From: Candidatus Babeliales bacterium
GTDB taxonomy: Bacteria; Babelota; Babeliae; Babelales; JABCYS01
Length of the DNA stretch: 64,000 bases
Assembly: GCA_016929235.1 (NCBI GenBank)
Contig: JAFGJD010000004.1
Span: 256,866-320,865, forward strand
Direction of reading: 5' to 3'
The notes beneath the pieces were generated by a model. That model was not told the DNA's origin. It saw only the letters and a program-made list of their open reading frames with translations, and did no database searches. Below, piece after piece: positions 19,347-28,199 of this stretch; position 1 is the first letter of the stretch; the number at the start of each line of letters is the position of its first letter. A program made the position numbers and the translations under genes.

Positions 19347-20903
19347 TTATGCTTGATCCCCACCATTTTCTCGTAACAATTGGATGAGAGGCTCGCATTT
19401 TCTTGCTTCTGCTGTTTGAAGTGGAGTAGATCCTGAAAAGTCCGGTAGGGTGGCGTTGGCCCCATATCGTATGAGAAGAGCCGAAATTTTTGCAAAATTA
19501 CTCAAAACCGCGCCGAGTAGAGGAGTCCTTCCACAATATCCTCCTTGAATTATTTGTGCGTTAGGGTTCGCACCGCGTTCAAGAAGAAGCTGAACGAGGG
19601 GTAGCCTTTCTTCCTCTGTAAATCCTACGGAGCGGCTACGGTTATGGGACCAAACGGCAAGATGTAAGGCGGTTTGTCCCATTAACGTTCCTTCATCTAC
19701 CCGTGCTCCGTGTTCTAAGAGAGCTTGTGCTAAGGATACTTGATTTGTCTCTACTGCATAATGTAAAGGTGGGTGGCCCTCAAAGTCTGGGATATTTGGA
19801 TCCGCGTCATGCTCTAATAGAAGTGTCCCCATGGTCTGGCATTCTTCGGGTGTAGCAAAACAGTTTCCGTTGTACAGATTTTGAAAGGCTACAACGTGTA
19901 AAGGCGTTGCTCCTCCAAAGCGAGAATTCAAAGCACGAAACTTTCCTTCGTCTCTTTTCACGTTAGGGTTTGCGCCTTTTCTTAGCAGCATTCGAAGGAT
20001 ATTTATTTTATTTTTTCCATCCACAATGATGTCATGAAGAAGTAGTTGAGTATCTGCCGGATCAGCTCTTTCTAATAAATATTCAGTTAATGGCTCATGT
20101 CCCTTTATTACTGCAAGATGAAGTGGGGTCTGACCATCTCTATTCCGCTGTTGCATGTCGGCGTGGTACTCTAGTAGAAGCGCGGCTGTTAATACATGCC
20201 CTGCCTCTGCAGCGTTATGAAGAGACGTTTTTTGAAAAAAACCTGGTGCATCTACGAGCGCACCGTTTTCCAGTAGGAATCTTGCATAGGATGTGTTTCC
20301 ATATTTTGCCGCTTCGTGAAGTGGCGTGTCTTGAACCATGGCCCCCGCATTAACATCGGCACCACGAGCCAAAAATTCTTTTGCTAGAGCGCACTGTCCT
20401 TCCTCTTGTTTGACATGGTGCATGGTGATGGAATGCAATAGCGTGCAGCCATGGTTATCTTTTGTGGCCACAGAGGCACCACGGTGCATCAATAACAGGC
20501 ACTCAGGAGTACGGAGCCATATTGACATAGATTGAAGGGGAGTGTTTCCGTAATTGTCGCGAGCTTCAATATCAGCACCATTCTCGAGAAGAGGGACCAT
20601 GTGTTTTGCTTGAGCATTATGCAGGGGGGTTTTCCCATGCTTGTCTCTCGCATTAACGTTCGCACCGTTTGCTATCAACAGCCTCGTAATTTCAACGGGT
20701 TGATGTATAACCGCTATATGAAGTGGTGTTTCGCCGTCTTCATTCTGTTCATTAAGCTCCTTAGGGTTGCGAGTGGAGACGGAGGAAATATATGATGCTA
20801 GCACTTCCGATTCTCCCCGCCTCACAAAGTCATGAATATCCGTAGCCAAACCTAGATGTGAGGAAAACATTGTCCACAGGACAAGTACACTTCTTTTATA
20901 CAT
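19347..20903 (-). CDS. secreted multi-ankyrin-repeat protein
   Basis: More than 10 ankyrin repeats (G.TPLH.A...G....V..LL..GA). ATG 20903 is preceded by GGGAG at 8-nt spacing and gives signal-like MYKRSVLVLWTMFSSHLGLA. Confidence 0.85.
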   Translation of the reverse strand: MYKRSVLVLWTMFSSHLGLATDIHDFVRRGESEVLASYISSVSTRNPKELNEQNEDGETPLHIAVIHQPVEITRLLIANGANVNARDKHGKTPLHNAQAKHMVPLLENGADIEARDNYGNTPLQSMSIWLRTPECLLLMHRGASVATKDNHGCTLLHSITMHHVKQEEGQCALAKEFLARGADVNAGAMVQDTPLHEAAKYGNTSYARFLLENGALVDAPGFFQKTSLHNAAEAGHVLTAALLLEYHADMQQRNRDGQTPLHLAVIKGHEPLTEYLLERADPADTQLLLHDIIVDGKNKINILRMLLRKGANPNVKRDEGKFRALNSRFGGATPLHVVAFQNLYNGNCFATPEECQTMGTLLLEHDADPNIPDFEGHPPLHYAVETNQVSLAQALLEHGARVDEGTLMGQTALHLAVWSHNRSRSVGFTEEERLPLVQLLLERGANPNAQIIQGGYCGRTPLLGAVLSNFAKISALLIRYGANATLPDFSGSTPLQTAEARKCEPLIQLLRENGGDQA

Positions 20904-21089
20904 TATAACGACTCCCTTGATTACAAGCATACATTTTCGCGGGACAGGGTATCACACGGAGTATGCCGTGTCTTGTGGGATGGCCTCGGGGGTGGATTAT
21001 AGTTTACTGTAGGAGCTATCAGCCACGTAGATAATTGTTATTTCCAAAATCAGAAAAAAGACGCAATTATTTTCGGGTAACTTCCGGAT

Positions 21090-21182
21090 ATAATTGCTGG
21101 CAGTAACTAAGATCACTGTTCGTGTGCAATTATTACACTATTGCTGTGTCTGATGTCGCTGATGACTCTGAAGATGCGTTAG
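21090..21182 (+). pseudogene. degenerate duplicate of the mraY 3' end
   Basis: 21126-21182 aligns without gaps to 18271-18327 (49/57 identical). It translates to AIITLLLCLMSLMTLKMR* versus AIITLLLCLVSLMTLKMR*. Similarity continues upstream (KITVR) but with 1-nt indels and a TAA. Confidence 0.65.
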
Positions 21183-21741
21183 ATTTTTGTAGGAAATCTT
21201 TCCCAAGGTGATAAAATGTTTTTGCAGTGTAGTAGATGCTAGGGAAAGAGAATCCTGAGGCAGCTAGCAGGAAGAGACTTTTTGAGGTTGCACTAGACCT
21301 GAATAATTGTGGTATCTCCACAAGTAAAGAGGTTATCCAGGCGAATATGAGCCCCTTAAACGCGGTACGGTACATTTCTGGTATTGCGGTTTCTTTTGCT
21401 GTTTTTTCGGAAGAGGCAGGTCTATCCATTGATCGATTCAAGCCATATGCAGCCAGACAGGAGAGAAGCAGTACCGATGCTGTGGTGGTAAGCTGGGGAT
21501 CAGCTCCATAATACAGAAGAAGTGTGACCGCTCGAAGGTCTCTGTTGCTAACCGCAATAGCAAAAGGAGTATCTCCGCGCTCATCCTGTTCATTAATCTG
21601 TAACGACCGATCACCACTGCTGAGCCACTGCTCTAAAGATTTTATGTCTCCTGTCCTTATTGCTTTATGAGCCTCATTGCTCCTTACCATAAACGAGAAG
21701 CCAAGTATAAAAAACGTAATTGCAGGTCTTGCGTATCCCAT
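21133..21741 (-). CDS. ankyrin-repeat membrane protein
   Basis: The N-terminus MGYARPAITFFILGFSFMVRSNEAHKAI resembles that of the 18339..19309 gene. It has one ankyrin pair and then three hydrophobic segments. The last ~16 codons are encoded antisense to the mraY remnant. Confidence 0.65.
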   Translation of the reverse strand: MGYARPAITFFILGFSFMVRSNEAHKAIRTGDIKSLEQWLSSGDRSLQINEQDERGDTPFAIAVSNRDLRAVTLLLYYGADPQLTTTASVLLLSCLAAYGLNRSMDRPASSEKTAKETAIPEMYRTAFKGLIFAWITSLLVEIPQLFRSSATSKSLFLLAASGFSFPSIYYTAKTFYHLGKDFLQKSNASSESSATSDTAIV

Positions 21742-22081
21742 GATAATTTCTCGGTTGAATCGGTTTGTGTTTTGTCATCACATGTTCGACTGCCAGGGCA
21801 ACCCTCACGGATAATATAGCATACGAAGTCAGCCGTGTCTTCTGTAAGGGCCTTATTTATGGTGATTAGAAGGTCTTTTTAGCTCTAATGAGGTAAGCAT
21901 GAATCTGTTGGTTGGTAGTTCTGCTGCATTTTGGAGCTGGCCGGGTCTAGCTTAAAGGCGGTCGTTACTCTTTGATGAATCAACCATGCTGTGTTGAGAG
22001 ACGAATCCTGAGTGCAAAGCGGCGTATCGTCCTGAGCCAGACATTCAGCGGAGAGCTAGTACAGGGAGCATGCTTTCATAT

Positions 22082-23371
22082 TTAGGGTCTCTTGGTTACA
22101 ACATAAAGCGCAAATCCAACTGCGAGAATCGTAATAATAACGATACCTGCAGTTAACTGTGATGCCAGCATAGTTTGGATACCAACCCCCATCAAAACTA
22201 AACAACTGATGAGCGCAAGCCATCCGGTCCATCGTTGCGCCTTGATTTTTCCACGCGATGTTCCGACGAGAAATCCGATAACACTGATGCCAAAGGTAAG
22301 TGTTGGCCCAAGTGCTCCAATCTGCTGGAGTATTGTCTGTGCTCCGCCGCTCGCCATAAGATAGGCCACACAAATAATTCCTTCTACAATCACACCAGCG
22401 TATGGTGTTCCATGCTTATTTAGCTGTGTCATGAGATGTGCAAATGGAATATGACCATTGCGTGCAAGAGTGTATAGGTTCCAGTGATTACTGAATAATA
22501 GTCCATATGCACCGCCCAATGCTGAAAATGCAATGGCTGTATGTGCTGTCGTGCTTAACCAGAGTACAAGCTGCTGACTTTGAGGGAAGAGTGACGCGAA
22601 TAGTGCCGGGAATGCGTCAAGAAACGATGAGAATGACCCAAGTCGTGGTCCAATAAGTAGGTACATACTTGTTTGAAACAGAACAGTAATGATCAGTACG
22701 GTGAGATATGAAAAGTACAATGACCTAGACGCATTGCGTTCTGGATTCTCGATTGAACGGCTGAGTGAACAACTCATCTCAAAGCTAATAAATGCGTATA
22801 AAACATAGGGCAATGATGTTGTAATGCCGCCCCAATAATATGGTCCAGCGGCGATGAACTCTGGCTTAAAATACGTAATTGTTGCCAGGAATGTTCCGAT
22901 AATTGGCAAGGCTTTGAGTACTATAAACATTTTGGTAATCATAGTGCCAACTTTAAGATTATGCATGTTGAGGTAGATGAACAATGCGAGTGTGACGAGA
23001 TCTAACGTAAATGTTGGTACCCATTGTAGTGGCACAAAGAATGTTTGTAATAGTGATGAAGAGACATGGATCATGAGTGTGCCTGACGCAAGCTTGCCGA
23101 CGAAATAAATCCAGCCGCTTATGAATCCCCAGAATATTCCTAGAGTATTTTTGCTATATGCATAAAATCCTCCATCGGGATAGGTGTTTACGAGTGAACC
23201 TATGACATATAAGAGGGGGAGTAATAGTGCTGCTACGACTATGTAACTTACACTGCCGGCCATGCCGGAAAGATGTGCCAGTAATACCGTGTTAATGAAG
23301 GCTCCGGTTCCGAGCATGATATTGACGTTCAGAAGCGTTGCCTCAAATAATGAAAGCTTGTGAGATGACAT
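22082..23371 (-). CDS. APC-superfamily amino acid permease (tandem paralog 1)
   Basis: About 12 TM helices. N-terminal LSLFEATLLNVNIMLGTGAFINT matches LSLLSVIFVNINIMLGSGIFINT of the upstream paralog. ATG 23371 avoids overlapping that paralog. Confidence 0.8.
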   Translation of the reverse strand: MSSHKLSLFEATLLNVNIMLGTGAFINTVLLAHLSGMAGSVSYIVVAALLLPLLYVIGSLVNTYPDGGFYAYSKNTLGIFWGFISGWIYFVGKLASGTLMIHVSSSLLQTFFVPLQWVPTFTLDLVTLALFIYLNMHNLKVGTMITKMFIVLKALPIIGTFLATITYFKPEFIAAGPYYWGGITTSLPYVLYAFISFEMSCSLSRSIENPERNASRSLYFSYLTVLIITVLFQTSMYLLIGPRLGSFSSFLDAFPALFASLFPQSQQLVLWLSTTAHTAIAFSALGGAYGLLFSNHWNLYTLARNGHIPFAHLMTQLNKHGTPYAGVIVEGIICVAYLMASGGAQTILQQIGALGPTLTFGISVIGFLVGTSRGKIKAQRWTGWLALISCLVLMGVGIQTMLASQLTAGIVIITILAVGFALYVVTKRP

Positions 23372-23387
23372 GATAAACTGCCTTGGA

Positions 23388-24725
23388 TTATTTTTGTTCC
23401 ACCTTACACACAGGATATTTGTAATACCTGTAGAGGCTAGTGATAGCGTACATGCTTGTTCCAAAGAGCGCCATAGTCAGATATAGATACAGTGAACCTG
23501 CACCATACAAAACCAGATTACGTAGACATGCGCCAAGTAAGATTGCGCAGCTTGCCAATCCAAGCCAGGGAACCCATCGTCTGATCGAAAATGATTCTCC
23601 TTTATAGTGTGCATAGGCAAGTCCAAGAACGCTTAATGTGTATGCTGTCGTTGGGCCAAGAGCTCCAAGTTGTTGGAGTATCATTTGATTGCCATTGGTA
23701 ACTAGTAAGTAGCCAAAGACGATTAGGCCTTCAACGAGTACGCAGAGTGCTGGAATATGGTGCTTGTTGAACTTGAGCAGGCGGTGGCTAAAGAAGATGT
23801 GTTTATGGTTAGCAAGTGTATGTAGGTTCCAGTGATTACTAAAAAAGATGCCATACGAACCACCGAGCGCTGATGCTGCAATGGCAATATGCAGAATCGA
23901 TATGAGCTTGCGTGCAAATACCTGGTAATACGGAAGCAATGTTTTGACAAACGTGGGTATTGCACCCATATAATTTTCTTGTGCAAGCAGTGCGTCTCCG
24001 CCAGTACTGCTATAAAACAGAAGTTGATATAGCGCACTGATTACAGCAACAACGATGTATGAGTACAAGACTGCTCGTGGCCCATCTCGTTCTGGATTTT
24101 TGAGCGTTTGACTCAGTGAACAGCTTGCTTCAAATCCAATGTATGAGTAGAGAACATACGGAATTGTCGCGGGGATTCCTGCACATAAGAACATGTCGGG
24201 TCTAAATTGTGCATGTCCGGTTAGATACAGACCACCAAGAAACACAAACATGATAGGCGTTAGTTTTGTGAGAATAAAAAAGTAACCCACACGGTTACTG
24301 ATCTTGAGATTGAGCGTGTTGAGGAGTGTGAAAAATCCTACCACAACTAGATCAAGAAAGAGGGTTGAAAATGGCCGTAACCAAGCCACGGCATTTTGCA
24401 TCAAGAGGCTGAATACATGGATCTTGAGGCCAGCCGATGCCAGCTTGGTTGAGAAGTAGATCCAAGAACTGAAAAATCCTGTAAACCGATTTAGGTTGCT
24501 TTTGCCGTAGGTATAAAAGCCTCCGAATGGGTATTTCTCCAAAAGGGCCGCGATGCACAAGATAAGGGGAAGGATTAAAAGCGCTACGATAATATAGGAT
24601 GTAAAGCCAAGAAAACCAGCAAGCTTGGGAAGCAGGACGGTGTTGATGAAGATGCCAGAACCCAACATGATGTTGATGTTGACAAAAATCACGGAAAGAA
24701 GAGATAGATTGTTGTGTTTTGGCAT
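23388..24725 (-). CDS. APC-superfamily amino acid permease (tandem paralog 2)
   Basis: 445-aa polytopic ORF. Shared motifs with 22082..23371 include FEMSCSLS/FEASCSLS and NPER. A 16-nt spacer separates the two genes. Confidence 0.8.
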   Translation of the reverse strand: MPKHNNLSLLSVIFVNINIMLGSGIFINTVLLPKLAGFLGFTSYIIVALLILPLILCIAALLEKYPFGGFYTYGKSNLNRFTGFFSSWIYFSTKLASAGLKIHVFSLLMQNAVAWLRPFSTLFLDLVVVGFFTLLNTLNLKISNRVGYFFILTKLTPIMFVFLGGLYLTGHAQFRPDMFLCAGIPATIPYVLYSYIGFEASCSLSQTLKNPERDGPRAVLYSYIVVAVISALYQLLFYSSTGGDALLAQENYMGAIPTFVKTLLPYYQVFARKLISILHIAIAASALGGSYGIFFSNHWNLHTLANHKHIFFSHRLLKFNKHHIPALCVLVEGLIVFGYLLVTNGNQMILQQLGALGPTTAYTLSVLGLAYAHYKGESFSIRRWVPWLGLASCAILLGACLRNLVLYGAGSLYLYLTMALFGTSMYAITSLYRYYKYPVCKVEQK

Positions 24726-24876
24726 ATCAACTGAACTTTCTTATTGTTTTACTACGACGAGACAAATCCCTCTTCTGAGGCCTGTCTCACATTTCATTAT
24801 TGCGGGGTCCCCATACTGTATCAAAAAATCGACTTTTTGGCCAGGAATCCCAGATCTGCTTGCAGTATGGATGGTT

Positions 24877-25506
24877 TTACTCGGTAGTCTGAATATCTGG
24901 TTTAAGTTCTATTGCCTTCATCTCAAACCATGGACCATTCTTCAGGCTCTGGGGTAGCGAGTTAATGGTAATATGAATTTTACCCTTGAGATCATTAATA
25001 CAGATGGAGACGGCAGGCAACACTTTTTTAGTTATCTTGCCCGTAGTTGGTTTGATAGTTAGTCGTTCTCTGACCAATATAACACTGTTATTATAGCCAC
25101 AATTTCTTTTTTGGTAGGTGTTATAACAGCATATCTTACGGGTTACTGTTTTGTCAGAGAAGATTACTTTTTGGGTAATACAGGTCTCAGGCAGCTTCCA
25201 TCCTGCAGGTGGATTAGGTGGTATATCGTTGGTGCCACGTATTAGGCATGGGAGAGAATCGGGGTCTCTATTTGGATCATCCCCAAGCGGCTCAATATCT
25301 TGAGGAAGCGGCTCGAGAAGGCGGTCTAACGTTTTTCCAGGTTCAATAACTGGCACTTTGCCTTCTGGCGTTGTAACAAGTGCATTGAGGGCGCGGTGGC
25401 AGGTTAGTTCACAGGGAACGTCAGTATTATTGGTGATGCGAGATAGGTAAACATCGATGCTGTAACATGAGAATGGAATGAATAGTAGTGCCAATTTTAT
25501 TTTCAT
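24877..25506 (-). CDS. hypothetical Cys-rich secreted protein
   Basis: ATG 25506 is preceded by AGGAG. Signal peptide MKIKLALLFIPFSCYS. No recognisable family. Confidence 0.45.
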   Translation of the reverse strand: MKIKLALLFIPFSCYSIDVYLSRITNNTDVPCELTCHRALNALVTTPEGKVPVIEPGKTLDRLLEPLPQDIEPLGDDPNRDPDSLPCLIRGTNDIPPNPPAGWKLPETCITQKVIFSDKTVTRKICCYNTYQKRNCGYNNSVILVRERLTIKPTTGKITKKVLPAVSICINDLKGKIHITINSLPQSLKNGPWFEMKAIELKPDIQTTE

Positions 25507-25562
25507 GTGAGGACTCCTTTGTTGAGTACTGTACAGGTGTGATGGCACGTGTGGCAATGGTT

Positions 25563-26306
25563 TTAATGTGACCAGATTAGGTACGCAATAATGGAACCTG
25601 CAATCGCTGCATTCAAGCTTTCTGCAGGACCAGGCATAGGGAGTGTTATGTGCACATCAGAGCTCTCCTTGATTTCAGATGTGAGTCCATGTGCTTCACT
25701 GCCAATGACAAGAAGCGCCTCGTCAGCATTGATGACTTTCGGCTCCGCGCCACCAGAGATGACGGTTGCGGCAAGTTGTAGCGAGCCTTTGTGTGTAAGT
25801 ACATCGTGCCATGACCACCGGAAGATACGAAGGGAGGTAATAGTGCCGGCACTTGCCTGAACTACTTTTGGATTATATGGATCAACACCACCTATCAGTA
25901 CAATTGATGAACGGTTCAAAGCAACACTGGTGCGTATAAGTGTTCCCATGTTTCCAGGATCAGAAATATTGGCCAAGATGAGGCCTGAAGATAAAACATC
26001 TGGCTTGGGGTGTGGGGGAATAACAAACGTGGCAAGAAGGCCGCTTGGTGTTGTTGCCGATGAGATTTTTTCCATAACATGATCACTTACAAGAATGATC
26101 TTGGAATCCCCAGTCATTTTTTGTGCATGAATTAACATTGCATGTGTGCTGTACAGGGTGTGAAGTTCTGTTCCTGCCGTGAGGATCGTTTTGATGGTGC
26201 GCGTGCCTTCAGCAAGAAAGAGGTTTTGGTTATACCTTTCTTTTACTGAGGTAAGCCTGGTAACGGTTTTTATATTCTCATTGTGGACTGAGGTTATCTC
26301 GTTCAT
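25563..26306 (-). CDS. SpoU/TrmH-family RNA 2'-O-methyltransferase (RlmB-like)
   Basis: SPOUT motifs: NISDPGNMGTLIRTS, LVIGSEAHGL, and ITLPMPGPAESLNAAIAGSI. Directly abuts the tgt stop codon. Confidence 0.85.
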   Translation of the reverse strand: MNEITSVHNENIKTVTRLTSVKERYNQNLFLAEGTRTIKTILTAGTELHTLYSTHAMLIHAQKMTGDSKIILVSDHVMEKISSATTPSGLLATFVIPPHPKPDVLSSGLILANISDPGNMGTLIRTSVALNRSSIVLIGGVDPYNPKVVQASAGTITSLRIFRWSWHDVLTHKGSLQLAATVISGGAEPKVINADEALLVIGSEAHGLTSEIKESSDVHITLPMPGPAESLNAAIAGSIIAYLIWSH

Positions 26307-27440
26307 TTAGATCTCGTCGTTTAGAATATTTTGACGATACTCTGACATAAGTGTGACCATAAAGTGAAGGTTATGAATGGTTGCCAGAATATACCCGGTC
26401 ATTTCCTTTGCCTTGAATAAGTGATGCAGATATGCACGTGTGTAATGAGTACATGTGTGACATGCGCATGCTGGATCAACGGGTTCAAAAGCAGTTTTAT
26501 TTGTTGTGTTGAGAATTTTTATGTTACCGCGTTTGGTAAACAATAGTCCGTGTCGTGCACAACGCGTTGGATGTGAGCTGTCGAATGTATCGATGCCGAG
26601 TTTGACAATCGGATGAATGGATTCTAGGTCACCAATTCCGAGAAGATGATTGGGTTTATTTTGCGGCATATGTGGCATCAAAAATGTGAGAAGCTCAACC
26701 ATTTCTTCACGATTTTTCCCAATGCTTCCTCCGATAGCGTAGCCATCAAACGGCAATGTTTTGAGATAGTCGATACTTTTTTTGCGGAGATTTTGATCAA
26801 TCCCTCCGTGGACAACAGCGTACATTGCTTGATTGTTTGGATTTTTCATATGTTCGTCTAGTGAGCGTTTTTCCCAGCGATGTGTGCGTTCTACTGATGA
26901 TTCTAACTTTTTGGGATCGATATGATATGGTGGTAGCTCGTCGAGCGGGATAATGATATCAGCCCCTAGATCTTTTTGTGCACGTACTGATGATTCGGGC
27001 GTGAGAAGAACCCTCGTTCCGTCTCGATACGATCTAAAAAGAACACCGTCATCGGTGATCTTGAGGACCGAACCGTCATGCTTCTTTTTACCCTTGCTCT
27101 TGAGTTCGTCCTTAACGGTTCCATATGCCAAGCTGAACACTTGGAAACCACCAGAATCAGTTATGAGCGGCATATTTCGGTTCATGAACGAGTGCAATCC
27201 GCCGGCTTGTTTGATGACTTTGGTTCCTGGTTGGAGCATGAGGTGGTATGTGTTGCAGAACATGAGTTGGAGCCCAATATCCTCGACTGTTTTGCTATCA
27301 AGTGCTTTGAGGGTGGCGTTCGTGCCAACCGCGACAAACGAAGGGGTCTCAATGACTCCATGTGGTGTGTAGATGCGCCCAACACGTGCACGTGACTTTC
27401 TTGATTGATGAATGATCTCGAATTTGAACTGCTGTGACAT
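26307..27440 (-). CDS. tgt: tRNA-guanine transglycosylase
   Basis: TDSGGFQV, the catalytic Asp in IDTFDS, and Zn site CACHTCTHYTRAYLHHL. Pocket positions are non-canonical (see findings). Confidence 0.95.
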   Translation of the reverse strand: MSQQFKFEIIHQSRKSRARVGRIYTPHGVIETPSFVAVGTNATLKALDSKTVEDIGLQLMFCNTYHLMLQPGTKVIKQAGGLHSFMNRNMPLITDSGGFQVFSLAYGTVKDELKSKGKKKHDGSVLKITDDGVLFRSYRDGTRVLLTPESSVRAQKDLGADIIIPLDELPPYHIDPKKLESSVERTHRWEKRSLDEHMKNPNNQAMYAVVHGGIDQNLRKKSIDYLKTLPFDGYAIGGSIGKNREEMVELLTFLMPHMPQNKPNHLLGIGDLESIHPIVKLGIDTFDSSHPTRCARHGLLFTKRGNIKILNTTNKTAFEPVDPACACHTCTHYTRAYLHHLFKAKEMTGYILATIHNLHFMVTLMSEYRQNILNDEI

Positions 27441-27446
27441 GATGCC

Positions 27447-28106
27447 TTAACGAGGTTGGAAATATTTGGTCAGTCCTACAAATGGTGTTGCTATAGCAAT
27501 CACACTCAATTTGATAGCGTAACTGACGATCATGATGTGCGCAAGCGAGTGCACGACGCCATAAAGCCCCAATATGCTGAATAAGATTGTGTCAACTAGC
27601 TGGGTTGCTGAGATGCTCAGATAGTTGCGTGTGACTAGGGATGCAAAAGGAAGTTTATACTTGAGAATCGCATATAAGCGAGTGTCGAGATAAAGGACGA
27701 TCAGGTAGGTGACCAATGATGCGATTACAATCCGTGGCATGACACCAAGTATGGCAGTAAAATGAGGATGCTGCGTATCAACTGAAGCAGGCGTATAGGC
27801 GAGGTGGATCATGCTTAGCAGCATGGTTACAAGTGAGGTGAAGAAGGTTACCCAAATGGTCCGTTGTGCCGTGGCACGATCGTAAAACTCTTGGATCAGG
27901 TTAATGCCGAGTGTGATACCGACAACAAAAGCATCAGTTGGTGTCACGGTTAGACCAAAGAGGGTGATTTGCTTAGTTACAAAGAGATTCATGAGTACTG
28001 CGAAGATACACATGAGTCCTATCAGCGCCTGTAGGCCGATGCGGTTTGCGACGATCAATGTGGCGCTGATCATCGTGATATGTAATAGAAAAATTAATTC
28101 ATTCAT
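27447..28106 (-). CDS. yhhQ: queuosine-precursor transporter (YhhQ/DUF165 family)
   Basis: 219-aa protein with 6 TM helices and a layout typical of the YhhQ/VUT family. It sits 6 nt upstream of tgt. Confidence 0.7.
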   Translation of the reverse strand: MNELIFLLHITMISATLIVANRIGLQALIGLMCIFAVLMNLFVTKQITLFGLTVTPTDAFVVGITLGINLIQEFYDRATAQRTIWVTFFTSLVTMLLSMIHLAYTPASVDTQHPHFTAILGVMPRIVIASLVTYLIVLYLDTRLYAILKYKLPFASLVTRNYLSISATQLVDTILFSILGLYGVVHSLAHIMIVSYAIKLSVIAIATPFVGLTKYFQPR

Positions 28107-28199
28107 AAGAGATCAATTCATTTTTAGGATAGTGTAGATTCTTTTAGGGAGATTATTATTTGCACCTTAATATAAAACAGCATCGTTATACCTCTTTTC

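Larger units (their letters stand above)
18328..21125. other. ankyrin-gene island bounded by direct copies of the mraY 3' end
   Basis: Segment between the intact mraY end (18271-18327) and its 86%-identical copy (21126-21182). Contains only the two ankyrin genes. No integrase or transposase is visible. Confidence 0.55.

Noticed and set aside
18328-21125. Calling the ankyrin island a bona fide mobile element or prophage remnant
   Set aside because: No ORF resembling an integrase, transposase or phage gene is seen in or beside it. Only the duplicated mraY end supports mobility, so it is reported as a finding and not as a mobile_element feature.
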